Positions 49,295-57,572 of a stretch of 64,000 nt of DNA are shown in pieces. A program made the position numbers and the translations under genes. The stretch covers positions 7,061 to 71,060 of the forward strand of contig JAJPIS010000070.1 of NCBI GenBank assembly GCA_021324635.1, read 5' to 3'. Origin of the DNA: Gemmatimonadota bacterium. Lineage in GTDB: Bacteria > Gemmatimonadota > Gemmatimonadetes > Gemmatimonadales > Gemmatimonadaceae. How positions within the stretch are numbered: position 1 is the stretch's first letter; each line of letters begins with the position of its first letter. A model generated the notes under the pieces. That model saw only the letters and a list, made by a program, of their open reading frames with translations. It had not been told where the DNA came from and did no database searches.

Positions 49295-52066
49295 TCAGTA
49301 CCCCAGTGTGAGGCGCAGGACGAAGTAGCGCGGGAGCGGGATCACCGACGGCATGGTGGCCGGGTTGAGTGCCGACCGGTCGACCTCCGGGTCCGGTCCG
49401 CTGTAGCGCGTCGACAGCCAGAGATTGCGCGCGAGGAGCGACAGCGCGGCCGTCCCCGTGTGGAGCCGGTGCGCGAGGGCGGGGGTCGCGGCGTACGTCA
49501 CCGACAGCTCGCGAAGCCGGAGAAACGATGCATCCTGTGTCGGCCCCACGTACCCTTGGCGGCCCACGACCGCGGCCTGTGCCTGCTCGGCGAGCGGCGC
49601 GCGCGGGTCGTTCGCTCCGCGGGCCGTGGCGACCGCTTGGAAGGCGGCCGCCTGGTCGATCAGGCGGTTGCCTCCCTGGTAGTCGAGCAGCCCACCGAAT
49701 CGGAGATGTCCACCGAGCACGCCGAGCGCGGATCGCAGCGAGAGTCCACGCGTGGGCAACGAGGTGCCCTGGTCGGCCAAGGGTCCGAGTGTCACCTCGT
49801 TGGGCTCGATGACGCCATCGTGGTTCGCGTCGGCGTACGAGAGCGTCGGCTCCCAGATCGAGTACAGCGCGTGTCCCACCGTGGCGAGGAAGACGGGCGA
49901 GGCGCCGTACGTCTCCTGCGGCAGCCCGGGCGCGAGCGAGACGAGCCGGTTCTGGTTCGCCCAGCCGCCGAGCCCGACATCCCACGATGCGCCGCCGGTG
50001 CGAATCACCGTCGCATCGGCCTCGATCTCGACGCCGCGGTTCCGGATCGCGGCGTCGTTCAGCTCGATGGTCGCGGCTACCCCACCGGTCGAGACCTGGG
50101 CCGGAAAGAGCGCGTCGGTGGTCGTCTTGTCGTATACACTGGCGCTGAGCGTCACCCGGTCGCGGATCGACGCGTCGGCGCCCGCCTCGTACTCCCGTAT
50201 GTGCTCGGGGCGTGGCAGTGGGCCGCCTCGTCCGATCCCGTTCCGGCCGTCGATCAGGTTGGGAACGAAGATGTTGAACACCGGGGGCAGATCACCCGTC
50301 TCCCCGATGGCGGCGTGGAGCCGGAGCGGGTTGGAGCGGTGGCGGATCGCCAACCACGAGATGGCAGCGCGTCCGTACGTGGCCTCGGGCGCACCCTTCT
50401 CGCCGTAGGCGTCGCGGCGCACCGCTCCGGTCACTGACAGCCGATCGAGGAACGTCACCGCTTCCTCGAGAAACGCGCCACGCCGTTGTGCGTTTTCGCC
50501 CGACGTGTACATCTGCTGGACGGTGCCCGTCGGCGGGTTGACGCCCGACAACAGGTTGAGAGCCACGATCGACTGGCTCGCGTAGCCGATCTCGCGGTAC
50601 GCCCCTCCGACCGTGGTGACCGCCGAGAGCAGGCCCGGAACCTCGGCCGTGCCGGAGACCGCGAGGCTCGCCGAATAGCTGTGGTCGGCGATCCGGTCGC
50701 GCGTGAACATGCCCGGAAGGGCGTCGAACGGGTCGTCGGCGGGGTCGAGGTACTGCTCGTTGCGTTCGCGACCCTTGTCGACCCCGCCGTTCGCGTGCGT
50801 CGACAACCAGCTCACCGGCGTCCAGATCCAACTGGCGCCCGCGTCGTATCGCTCGACGCGATCGGCCGACTCGTTTGCGAACAGATATCGTGGCCGTGCC
50901 GGCCCGCCGGCCCATCCGTCGTTGCTGGCCGCCGTCCCGCTCCCGGACGCGACATCGGTGGCCAGCAGCGACTCGTTCGCGGCGCCCTGGCCGCCACCGA
51001 TCGCGCTACCCGTGATCGTCACCTCGCCGAGTGCCGGGAGGGCGGTCGTCACGGAGGCGTGTCCATTCGTGCGGTCGAGCCGATTCGGCCACCGGATCGC
51101 GTTGGGCGGCGCATGGCCGTCCTGCGCCGCATAGAGCTGCGCCTCCGGGGTCGGCATGGCGAGGATGCCGCGCTCGTTCTGGCGCTCGCCGCTCACGAGA
51201 TAGCGCACCGGCCCGGTCCCGCCGTCGAGCTGGAGATTCGCCGCATCGCGGTTGCCGCCGGTGAGCGGCGACGTCCGGGTGGTAGCGAGCGGCGAGAAGT
51301 GCGTGAGGCTATCGAGGACGCACGTCCCAGCCGCGCGCGGCACCGGGCCACACCGGACCTGCGTCGTGCCGCCCGTCGCGTGGCCCCAGGCCATCCAGCT
51401 CTCGTACTGATTCGTGCTCGGGACGCCGAGCGCGCCGACCTCGGACGAGAACGCCCAGTGGAGCGCGTCGGTGCTCGGGCGGCGTGTCGTTACGAGCACG
51501 ACCCCGTTCGCGGCATCGAGCCCGTACTCCGTCGTCGCCGCCGGCCCGGTCAGCACATCGATCCGGGCGATGTCCCACGGGCTCAGCTCGTCCAGCGTCC
51601 CGATGCGCGACGGGCCGACCGGGTGGCTCTGCGCGGGATTCGCGGGATCGGCGGCGCCGCCGCGGTCGGACGCGACACGGACGCCGTCGACGTACACCGC
51701 CGGATCGGTGGTGGCGAAGATGCTCCCCACGCCGCGCACGATGATCCGTGCGCCACTGCCGCTCTGCGCGCCGGCGCTCTGGACATCGGTGCTGTGCAGG
51801 CGCCCCGAGAGCAGGTCCGTGAGCTGAAAGACCGGCGCGCCGGGTGCGACACTGTCGGCGAGAATCGCCGCCCCGGATGACGTCGTGCCCTCGTCCGTCC
51901 GCGTGGGTACCCTGCTTTCGCCCGCCGAGTCGGTGCCAGGCCGAGTCGCGGGCGCGTCGGCGGCAGGAGTCCGGCCGCCGCCATCCCCCTGGGCCTGGGC
52001 GGTCGACGTGAGCAGGAGCAGCCCGACCGAAAGGGCGGTTGGGTAACGCCAGGAGCGGTGAATCAC
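49295..52066 (-). CDS. SusC/RagA-like TonB-dependent receptor
   Basis: I.VRGVGSI...DPAVYVDGV, DI.RIDVL.GPAATTEYG..AANGVVLVTT, DASFLRLREL, YSGPDPEV; start uncertain (frame open to 52147). Confidence 0.88.
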   Translation of the reverse strand: MIHRSWRYPTALSVGLLLLTSTAQAQGDGGGRTPAADAPATRPGTDSAGESRVPTRTDEGTTSSGAAILADSVAPGAPVFQLTDLLSGRLHSTDVQSAGAQSGSGARIIVRGVGSIFATTDPAVYVDGVRVASDRGGAADPANPAQSHPVGPSRIGTLDELSPWDIARIDVLTGPAATTEYGLDAANGVVLVTTRRPSTDALHWAFSSEVGALGVPSTNQYESWMAWGHATGGTTQVRCGPVPRAAGTCVLDSLTHFSPLATTRTSPLTGGNRDAANLQLDGGTGPVRYLVSGERQNERGILAMPTPEAQLYAAQDGHAPPNAIRWPNRLDRTNGHASVTTALPALGEVTITGSAIGGGQGAANESLLATDVASGSGTAASNDGWAGGPARPRYLFANESADRVERYDAGASWIWTPVSWLSTHANGGVDKGRERNEQYLDPADDPFDALPGMFTRDRIADHSYSASLAVSGTAEVPGLLSAVTTVGGAYREIGYASQSIVALNLLSGVNPPTGTVQQMYTSGENAQRRGAFLEEAVTFLDRLSVTGAVRRDAYGEKGAPEATYGRAAISWLAIRHRSNPLRLHAAIGETGDLPPVFNIFVPNLIDGRNGIGRGGPLPRPEHIREYEAGADASIRDRVTLSASVYDKTTTDALFPAQVSTGGVAATIELNDAAIRNRGVEIEADATVIRTGGASWDVGLGGWANQNRLVSLAPGLPQETYGASPVFLATVGHALYSIWEPTLSYADANHDGVIEPNEVTLGPLADQGTSLPTRGLSLRSALGVLGGHLRFGGLLDYQGGNRLIDQAAAFQAVATARGANDPRAPLAEQAQAAVVGRQGYVGPTQDASFLRLRELSVTYAATPALAHRLHTGTAALSLLARNLWLSTRYSGPDPEVDRSALNPATMPSVIPLPRYFVLRLTLGY

Positions 52067-52271
52067 GGAAAGATTTGACGGGGAGGGAGAGCCGAGTGGT
52101 CGCGAGCGAACGGCGGGGCTCGCGCAGCCCGGGTGGCGCGGGGGCATCAGGCGACCTCATCCAGGACGGCCTGGAGTTAGTCACCTCCTGCGTCGGCGTC
52201 AAGCGCCCGGCGCCCCGGGGCAATACCCGGCGCTTGCGGCAAACTGCGACGGGCCATACTGTATCGGGGCA

Positions 52272-52397
52272 ATGGTCACCGTGTCCGTCCGTCGCGCCGC
52301 CGCGCTTGGCTACTGGTTTAGCGGCTTTGGCTACCCCTATCGACAGGGGGCCGAGGGCGCTGCGTGGCGCGCCGAGGACTGGGAGCGAGAGTCGTAG
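52272..52397 (+). CDS. Putative attenuator leader peptide, 41 aa, Tyr/Trp/Phe-rich
   Basis: MVTVSVRRAAALGYWFSGFGYPYRQGAEGAAWRAEDWERES*; upstream of a terminator and DAHP synthase. Confidence 0.8.
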   Translation: MVTVSVRRAAALGYWFSGFGYPYRQGAEGAAWRAEDWERES

Positions 52398-52445
52398 CAA
52401 ATAAGCGAGCACCGCCCAGCACTCGACGACGACACGGAAACCCCC

Positions 52446-52484
52446 ACGGCCCCCGGACAGACACCGGGGGCCGTTCTGTTTGTG
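52446..52484 (+). terminator. Intrinsic terminator (attenuator)
   Basis: ACGGCCCCCGG-ACAGACA-CCGGGGGCCGT followed by TCTGTTTGTG. Confidence 0.8.
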
Positions 52485-52526
52485 ATCCGAGCCTCGAACC
52501 CGACCCTTCGCCCCCCCCCCACAGCC

Positions 52527-53681
52527 ATGATCATCATCACCAAGCCCGACATTGCCCCCTCCGCCTTCGACGCCATCCTCGAGCGGATCGAGCGGGCCGG
52601 GCTCGTCGCTCACGTGAGCCGCGGCACCGAGCGGATCGTCATCGGGTGCGTGGGTGACGAGCGCGCGCTTGAAGACGTGCCGCTCGCCGCGCTGCCGGGC
52701 GTCGATCGTGTCATGCCCGTGCTCAAGCCCTACCGGCTCGCCTCGCGAGAGACCCGCGCCGCGCCCGAGGCGACGACCGAAGTCGTCCTTGGCGTCGAGA
52801 GTGGTGCGGACCCCTGCGTCGTGGGCGGGCGCGCCCTCGCCATCATTGCGGGGCCGTGTTCCGTCGAGGGGCGTGAGATGCTCCACGACACCGCCGGCGC
52901 CGTTCGTGGCGCGGGTGCGTCGGCGCTCCGGGGTGGTGCGTACAAGCCGCGCACCTCGCCGTACGCCTTCCAGGGGATGGGCGCGCCCGGACTCGAGCTG
53001 CTGGCCGACGTTCGTGCGAGCACCGGGCTGCCGGTCGTGAGTGAAGTGATGGATCCGCGGCAAGTCGAGTCGATGGCGGGCGTCGTCGACTGCCTGCAAG
53101 TGGGCGCGCGCAACATGCAAAACTTCGCCCTGCTCGCCGAAGTCGGGACCGCGCGCGTTCCCGTGCTCCTCAAGCGCGGACTGTCGGCGACCGTGCACGA
53201 GCTGCTGATGGCTGCCGAGTACGTGCTCTCCCGCGGCAACCCCCACGTGATCCTCTGCGAGCGCGGTATCCGCACCTTCGAGACCGCCACCCGGAACACC
53301 CTCGACGTCGCGGCGATCCCCGTGCTGCGGGCCGAAACCCACCTGCCCGTGCTCGTCGACCCGAGCCACGCGGGAGGGAAAGCGGCGCTCGTGGCGCCAC
53401 TCGCGTACGCCGCCATCGCCGCCGGTGCCGACGGGTTGATCGTCGAAGTGCACCCCGATCCGTCGGCCGCTCGATCGGACGGCGAGCAGAGCCTCACCTT
53501 CGAGCAGTTCCGGGCGATGATGGTGCACCTCGGCGCATTCGCCGCCGCCGCCGGGCGGACGATGGGGCACGTGGGCGCCGGCTCGGCGGCGCGCTCCGGC
53601 GTCGTGGCCGGACGTGGTGCGCTCGGGGTGGCGCTTCCCGCCCGGAGCGGGTCGCGGACGGGCGGAGGCGCGGCCGCGTGA
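52527..53681 (+). CDS. aroF: 3-deoxy-7-phosphoheptulonate (DAHP) synthase, type I-beta, with N-terminal regulatory domain
   Basis: [50 protein letters not shown]. Confidence 0.95.
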   Translation: MIIITKPDIAPSAFDAILERIERAGLVAHVSRGTERIVIGCVGDERALEDVPLAALPGVDRVMPVLKPYRLASRETRAAPEATTEVVLGVESGADPCVVGGRALAIIAGPCSVEGREMLHDTAGAVRGAGASALRGGAYKPRTSPYAFQGMGAPGLELLADVRASTGLPVVSEVMDPRQVESMAGVVDCLQVGARNMQNFALLAEVGTARVPVLLKRGLSATVHELLMAAEYVLSRGNPHVILCERGIRTFETATRNTLDVAAIPVLRAETHLPVLVDPSHAGGKAALVAPLAYAAIAAGADGLIVEVHPDPSAARSDGEQSLTFEQFRAMMVHLGAFAAAAGRTMGHVGAGSAARSGVVAGRGALGVALPARSGSRTGGGAAA

Positions 53682-53724
53682 CCGTCTCGCGCGCCGGGCG
53701 GCCGCGCACCGGCTCGGTCGTGCG

Positions 53725-54312
53725 GTGACCTCTGAGGGCGGCTATCGTCCGCCCGGCCGCCTCCGCGTCGCGTACCAGGGGGAGCCGGGCGCCTTCAGCG
53801 AAGTGGCGATCGCGCAGCTCTGGGGTCGCGCGGGGGACGGCGTGTCACGGCACGACTTCCCGGACGTCGTCCGCGCCGTCGTGGACGGGGCGGCCGACGC
53901 CGGCGTGCTCCCCGTGTGGAACGCCGTCGTCGGGCGGATCGCGTCGAGCGTGGCCGCGCTGCGTGAAACGCGGGCGCTCGCCGTGGTGGGGGAGACCGAA
54001 GTCGCGGTCCGGCTGCAACTGCTCGCGCTCCCCGGCGTGCCGGCGTCGGTGCTCTGCCGCGTCGCCAGCCATCCCGTGGCGCTCGGGCAGTGTGGGCGCT
54101 ATCTGGCCCGGCATCCCGGTCTTGCGCCGGTGCTCGCGCACGACACCGCCGGCGCGGCCCGCGCGGTCGCGGAGTCCGGCGATCCCCGGAGCGCCGCGAT
54201 CGCCGGCCCGGCCGCGGCCGAGCGTTACGGGCTCGTCGTCCTGGCTGACCGGATCGCCGACCGGTCCGACAATCGGACCCGGTTCGTCGCCGTCGTGCGT
54301 CGCACCGGATAG
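53725..54312 (+). CDS. pheA: Prephenate dehydratase, catalytic domain only
   Basis: VAYQGEPGAFSE, SHPVALGQC, DTAGAA, NRTRF; stop soon afterwards, no ACT domain. Confidence 0.88.
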   Translation: MTSEGGYRPPGRLRVAYQGEPGAFSEVAIAQLWGRAGDGVSRHDFPDVVRAVVDGAADAGVLPVWNAVVGRIASSVAALRETRALAVVGETEVAVRLQLLALPGVPASVLCRVASHPVALGQCGRYLARHPGLAPVLAHDTAGAARAVAESGDPRSAAIAGPAAAERYGLVVLADRIADRSDNRTRFVAVVRRTG

Positions 54313-54325
54313 GGGCGCTCGCGCC

Positions 54326-54580
54326 TCAGGCAGCCGGCGGCGGATCGCGCCGACTCGGGTGCGGCAGGATCAGCACGCAGCGCTCCCGGCGGGCCCGCGG
54401 GTTCCTGACGGGGGCGGTGACCCATCCGCCCATGTCCGGTCGTCGGGGGACCGGCGCATAGGCCGTGTGTCGGACGATCGTGTCCGCGACATCGACCCAT
54501 CCCCATTCCTGTCCCGGAATGAGGACGCGGAGCGACGGATCGAGACCTTCGAGGGCGGCGTAGAGCTGAGCGATAGTCAC
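54326..54580 (-). CDS. Small hypothetical protein (phage-like)
   Basis: MTIAQLYAALEGLDPSLRVLIPGQEWG resembles small phage ORFs of the MTV.EL..L..LDP...V type. Confidence 0.45.
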   Translation of the reverse strand: MTIAQLYAALEGLDPSLRVLIPGQEWGWVDVADTIVRHTAYAPVPRRPDMGGWVTAPVRNPRARRERCVLILPHPSRRDPPPAA

Positions 54581-54602
54581 GGGTAGAGCCGAAGGGGCAG
54601 GA

Positions 54603-54639
54603 GGAGTCGTCGGGAGTCGTCGGGAGTCGTCGGGAGTCG
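54603..54639. repeat. 10-bp tandem repeat (GGAGTCGTCG) x3.7
   Basis: Directly visible. Confidence 0.9.
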
Positions 54640-54758
54640 GCCCACGCGGGCCGCTACTTACTAACTCTCCGCCGACGGCCTCTTCCCCTCGCTCGGCGCC
54701 GACCCGCGGGGTCGCCTGGCGCCGGGTCGACCCCCGATCAACACCTGGTCAGCCCCGG

Positions 54759-54986
54759 TCAGCGCTCGCGGTCGGACTCCGAGAGCAGCCGCGCCGGCGG
54801 CACCTTGAGAGCCCGCGCGAGCTTCTCGATCGTGTCGAGTGACGGGTTGGCGAGACCGCGTTCGACCAGGCTGATGAACGTCCGGTGCATGCCGACGGCG
54901 TGCGCGAGCGACTCCTGCGAGTACGACGTCTGCGTCTTGCGGAGATGGGCGACCGTCCGTCCGAAGCGCACGCGCAGCGGTGGCAT
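54759..54986 (-). CDS. XRE-family HTH regulator, C-protein-like
   Basis: SQESLAHAVGMHRTFISLVERGLANPSLDTIEKLARAL. Confidence 0.9.
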   Translation of the reverse strand: MPPLRVRFGRTVAHLRKTQTSYSQESLAHAVGMHRTFISLVERGLANPSLDTIEKLARALKVPPARLLSESDRER

Positions 54987-55021
54987 GGTGCAATGGTGCA
55001 CCCGCCCCGGTGCATCGGCCA

Positions 55022-55102
55022 CAGCATATATAGCGCCACTATATACAGTGCATCACACGCATCGGCGCGCGCGGCGGCGACGCTTGCACTATATGTAGTG
55101 CA
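55022..55102. promoter_or_regulatory. CACT-ATATnn-AGTG operator-like boxes
   Basis: CACTATATACAGTG (55037-55050), TGCACTATATGTAGTGCA (55085-55102), degenerate CAGCATATATAGCG (55022-55035). Confidence 0.6.
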
Positions 55103-55405
55103 GCGTGAGATTGGCGCCCATGTGGTGCGCGGGGGCGACGGGGCGCTGCTCGGGGCGAGTTCGCCGTCGTCCGGCGGCTGGCCGGTCAGCCGGTGACGGC
55201 ACGCTGACGCGTCGGCGTGAGTGTCGGGTCCATGATCGCTCCCCCGCGGCGGACGCGGCGTCTTCCTCGTGGCGGCATTGGCGAGCGGCCGGTCGCTCCC
55301 TGGCCTGGTGCGGCGGGCTCGGCGCGCGGGCGTCGTGCCCGGCGGGCGCGGGGGGCCGACGGCGGTCCGCTCGGCGCGGGGTTGCCGGCCGGTGTCCTGG
55401 TCTGG

Positions 55406-56170
55406 ATGGACCGGGAGTGGGCCTCCGTCGTGGCTGAGCTGGCGCGGTGGGTCGCCGAGGGAGCGGGAGGCGGTGCGGGGGAGGGGGGTCGGGGCGGCGG
55501 GGGCGGCGGGGGCGACACCAGGCGCGACGCGGTGGACGACGCCGCGCTCCTCGCGCGGATCATGGCGGGCGACGAGCGCGCGCTCGAGGCGCTCTTCCTC
55601 GCGCATGCCAGTCGGCTGTATCGCGTGGCCTATCCGTATCTCCAGTCCGGGTGGGCGGCGCGGGCGGTCGTGCAGGACATCTTCACCAGCCTGTGGAACC
55701 GGCGTGCGGATCTCGACGTGCACGGCTCGGTGACGGTGTATCTGACCGCCGCCACGCGCAACCGCGCGATGTCGGTGCTCCGGGAGGAGATCCGCCGGCG
55801 GGAGCGCGACGGGCGATGGGCACAGTGGGCGGCGGCCGAGTGGGAGGCGGGAGACGCCGGCCGGGTGACGGCGGGCGAGGCAGGGTGGGCCGGACAGCGG
55901 GCTGGCGGTGCCGCGTCGAGCGCCGGCGCTGCCATGCGGTCCGCGATCGAGCGCGCGCTCGCCGAGCTCCCCGAGCGTCAGCGGCTCGTTTTCCGGCTCC
56001 GGGTGGAGCGACAGCTGACGAGCGCCGAGGTCCGCGACGCGATCGGCGCCGTGTCGGTCAAAGCCGTCGAGCTCCTGTATGCGCGGGCCGTGAAGTCGCT
56101 GCGGGCGCGCCTCATGCCCGACCGTGGGAACGATCCCGAGCGCTCGTCCGACCCCGAGCGCGAGGGATAG
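55406..56170 (+). CDS. ECF sigma-70 factor (FecI-like)
   Basis: GDERALEALF, VVQDIFTSLW, YL..ATRNRA, LAELPERQRLVF; start uncertain (frame open from 55217). Confidence 0.88.
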   Translation: MDREWASVVAELARWVAEGAGGGAGEGGRGGGGGGGDTRRDAVDDAALLARIMAGDERALEALFLAHASRLYRVAYPYLQSGWAARAVVQDIFTSLWNRRADLDVHGSVTVYLTAATRNRAMSVLREEIRRRERDGRWAQWAAAEWEAGDAGRVTAGEAGWAGQRAGGAASSAGAAMRSAIERALAELPERQRLVFRLRVERQLTSAEVRDAIGAVSVKAVELLYARAVKSLRARLMPDRGNDPERSSDPEREG

Positions 56171-56232
56171 ATGACGGGCGGCGCGGGCGCCGTCCGTGAG
56201 GGGTCGCCGCCTTCGGCGGCGACTACTGAGAT

Positions 56233-57465
56233 GTGAGCGACACGCCCGCACCGTCCCGGCGCCCCGAGGCGTCGCCCGAGCGATCGAGCGCGGTCCCGAG
56301 CGTCGGGGAGCCGCTGTCGGGGGTCGACGTGGATGCGTTGCTCGCGGCCTTCCTCGCCGGGACGTTGCCGGCGGCCGACCGCGGGCATTTCGAGCGGTGG
56401 CTCGACGCGGAGCCCGGTCGGCGGGCGATCGTCGCGGCGCTGCGGGGCGGGGGCGTGGAGCGGGCGGGTGCGGGTGAGGCGGGGGTGCGCACGCCTGCCG
56501 TGCTGCCCGGTCCCATCGACGTGCACGCATGGTGGCGAGCGGTCGGCGCCTCCCTGGTGAGTGCAGGTGATGGGGCGGCTGTGCGGGATGCACCGCGTCG
56601 CGCGCCGCTGGCGGTCGTGCGGTCGGAGCGGGCGGTGGCCGCTGAGCGACCGCGGTCCACGCCGGTCCTCCGGCGGTGGCACGGCCGGCCGGCGCGGCTG
56701 GGGCGCCCGGTCTGGTGGGCTGCGGCGGCGGCAGTCGTCGTCGGGGCGGCGTGGCTCGAGGCACGCGTGGGGCCGTGGGCCGGTCCGGGGTCAGCGCACG
56801 GCGCGGCGGTGCGCACGTACGTCACCGCGCGCGGTGAGCGGGCGGTGCTGACGCTCGAGGGGGCGCGGGTCGTGCTCGCGCCGGAGAGCGAGCTCCGAGT
56901 GGGGGCGGACTATGGCGATCGGGTGCGCGCCGTGACTCTTCAGGGCCACGCGTTTTTCGACGTCGTGCACGACTCCGCTCGGCCCTTTCGGGTTCGCACG
57001 CAGTCGCTCGTGACCGAGGACATGGGGACGCGGTTCGACATTCGCGCGTATCCGGGCGGCGCGGCCGCGCAGGTGATCGTCGCGGACGGCAGCGTCGCCG
57101 TCGCTCGCCCTGCGGGGGGTGCGGTGGAGCGGCTGGTTGGTGCCACGATCGTGCGGCGTGGATCCCGGATGATGCTCGACACCTCGGGGGCGATGCGTGT
57201 CGTGAGCGGGCTCGCCGTCGAGCGGGACATCGCGTGGGCGGACGGGCGATTGGCGTTCGTGGACGTGCCGCTCGGCGATGTGGTGCGTGAGCTGGGCCGA
57301 TGGTACGACGTCGACTGGCGGCTTGCGGATCCCGACCTGCGGACGCGTCGGCTGACGGCGACGTTCGCGGGCGATCCGGTGGAGGATGTCGTGCACGCGA
57401 TCGAGCGTGCGTTGGGTGTGCGAGCGCGGTGGAGTGGGCGGACCGTCACCCTCTTTCCGCCCTAG
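56233..57465 (+). CDS. FecR family anti-sigma / transmembrane signal transducer
   Basis: TM helix, then T..GERA.L.L....V.LAPES.L, LQGHAFFDV.HD..RPF.V, GTRFD, AW..GRL.F...PL..V...L.RWY. Confidence 0.92.
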   Translation: MSDTPAPSRRPEASPERSSAVPSVGEPLSGVDVDALLAAFLAGTLPAADRGHFERWLDAEPGRRAIVAALRGGGVERAGAGEAGVRTPAVLPGPIDVHAWWRAVGASLVSAGDGAAVRDAPRRAPLAVVRSERAVAAERPRSTPVLRRWHGRPARLGRPVWWAAAAAVVVGAAWLEARVGPWAGPGSAHGAAVRTYVTARGERAVLTLEGARVVLAPESELRVGADYGDRVRAVTLQGHAFFDVVHDSARPFRVRTQSLVTEDMGTRFDIRAYPGGAAAQVIVADGSVAVARPAGGAVERLVGATIVRRGSRMMLDTSGAMRVVSGLAVERDIAWADGRLAFVDVPLGDVVRELGRWYDVDWRLADPDLRTRRLTATFAGDPVEDVVHAIERALGVRARWSGRTVTLFPP

Positions 57466-57572
57466 GCAGCGGTAGCGCGCGGCCGTCGACCTGGCCCGGC
57501 CGGTATCGGACACGCCGCGCGCGTTCACGAGACCAATTCACGATCAACCGCCCACGGGAGTGGGGGGGAGCT

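Noticed and set aside
54759..54986. Restriction-modification system or prophage
   Set aside because: No methyltransferase, nuclease, integrase or structural phage genes are nearby.
54749..56764. Long alternative ORFs (for example 54749..56764 minus, 51309..53570 minus, 20211..21983 plus)
   Set aside because: Arg/Pro/Ala-rich shadow frames opposite well-supported genes, as expected at this GC content.
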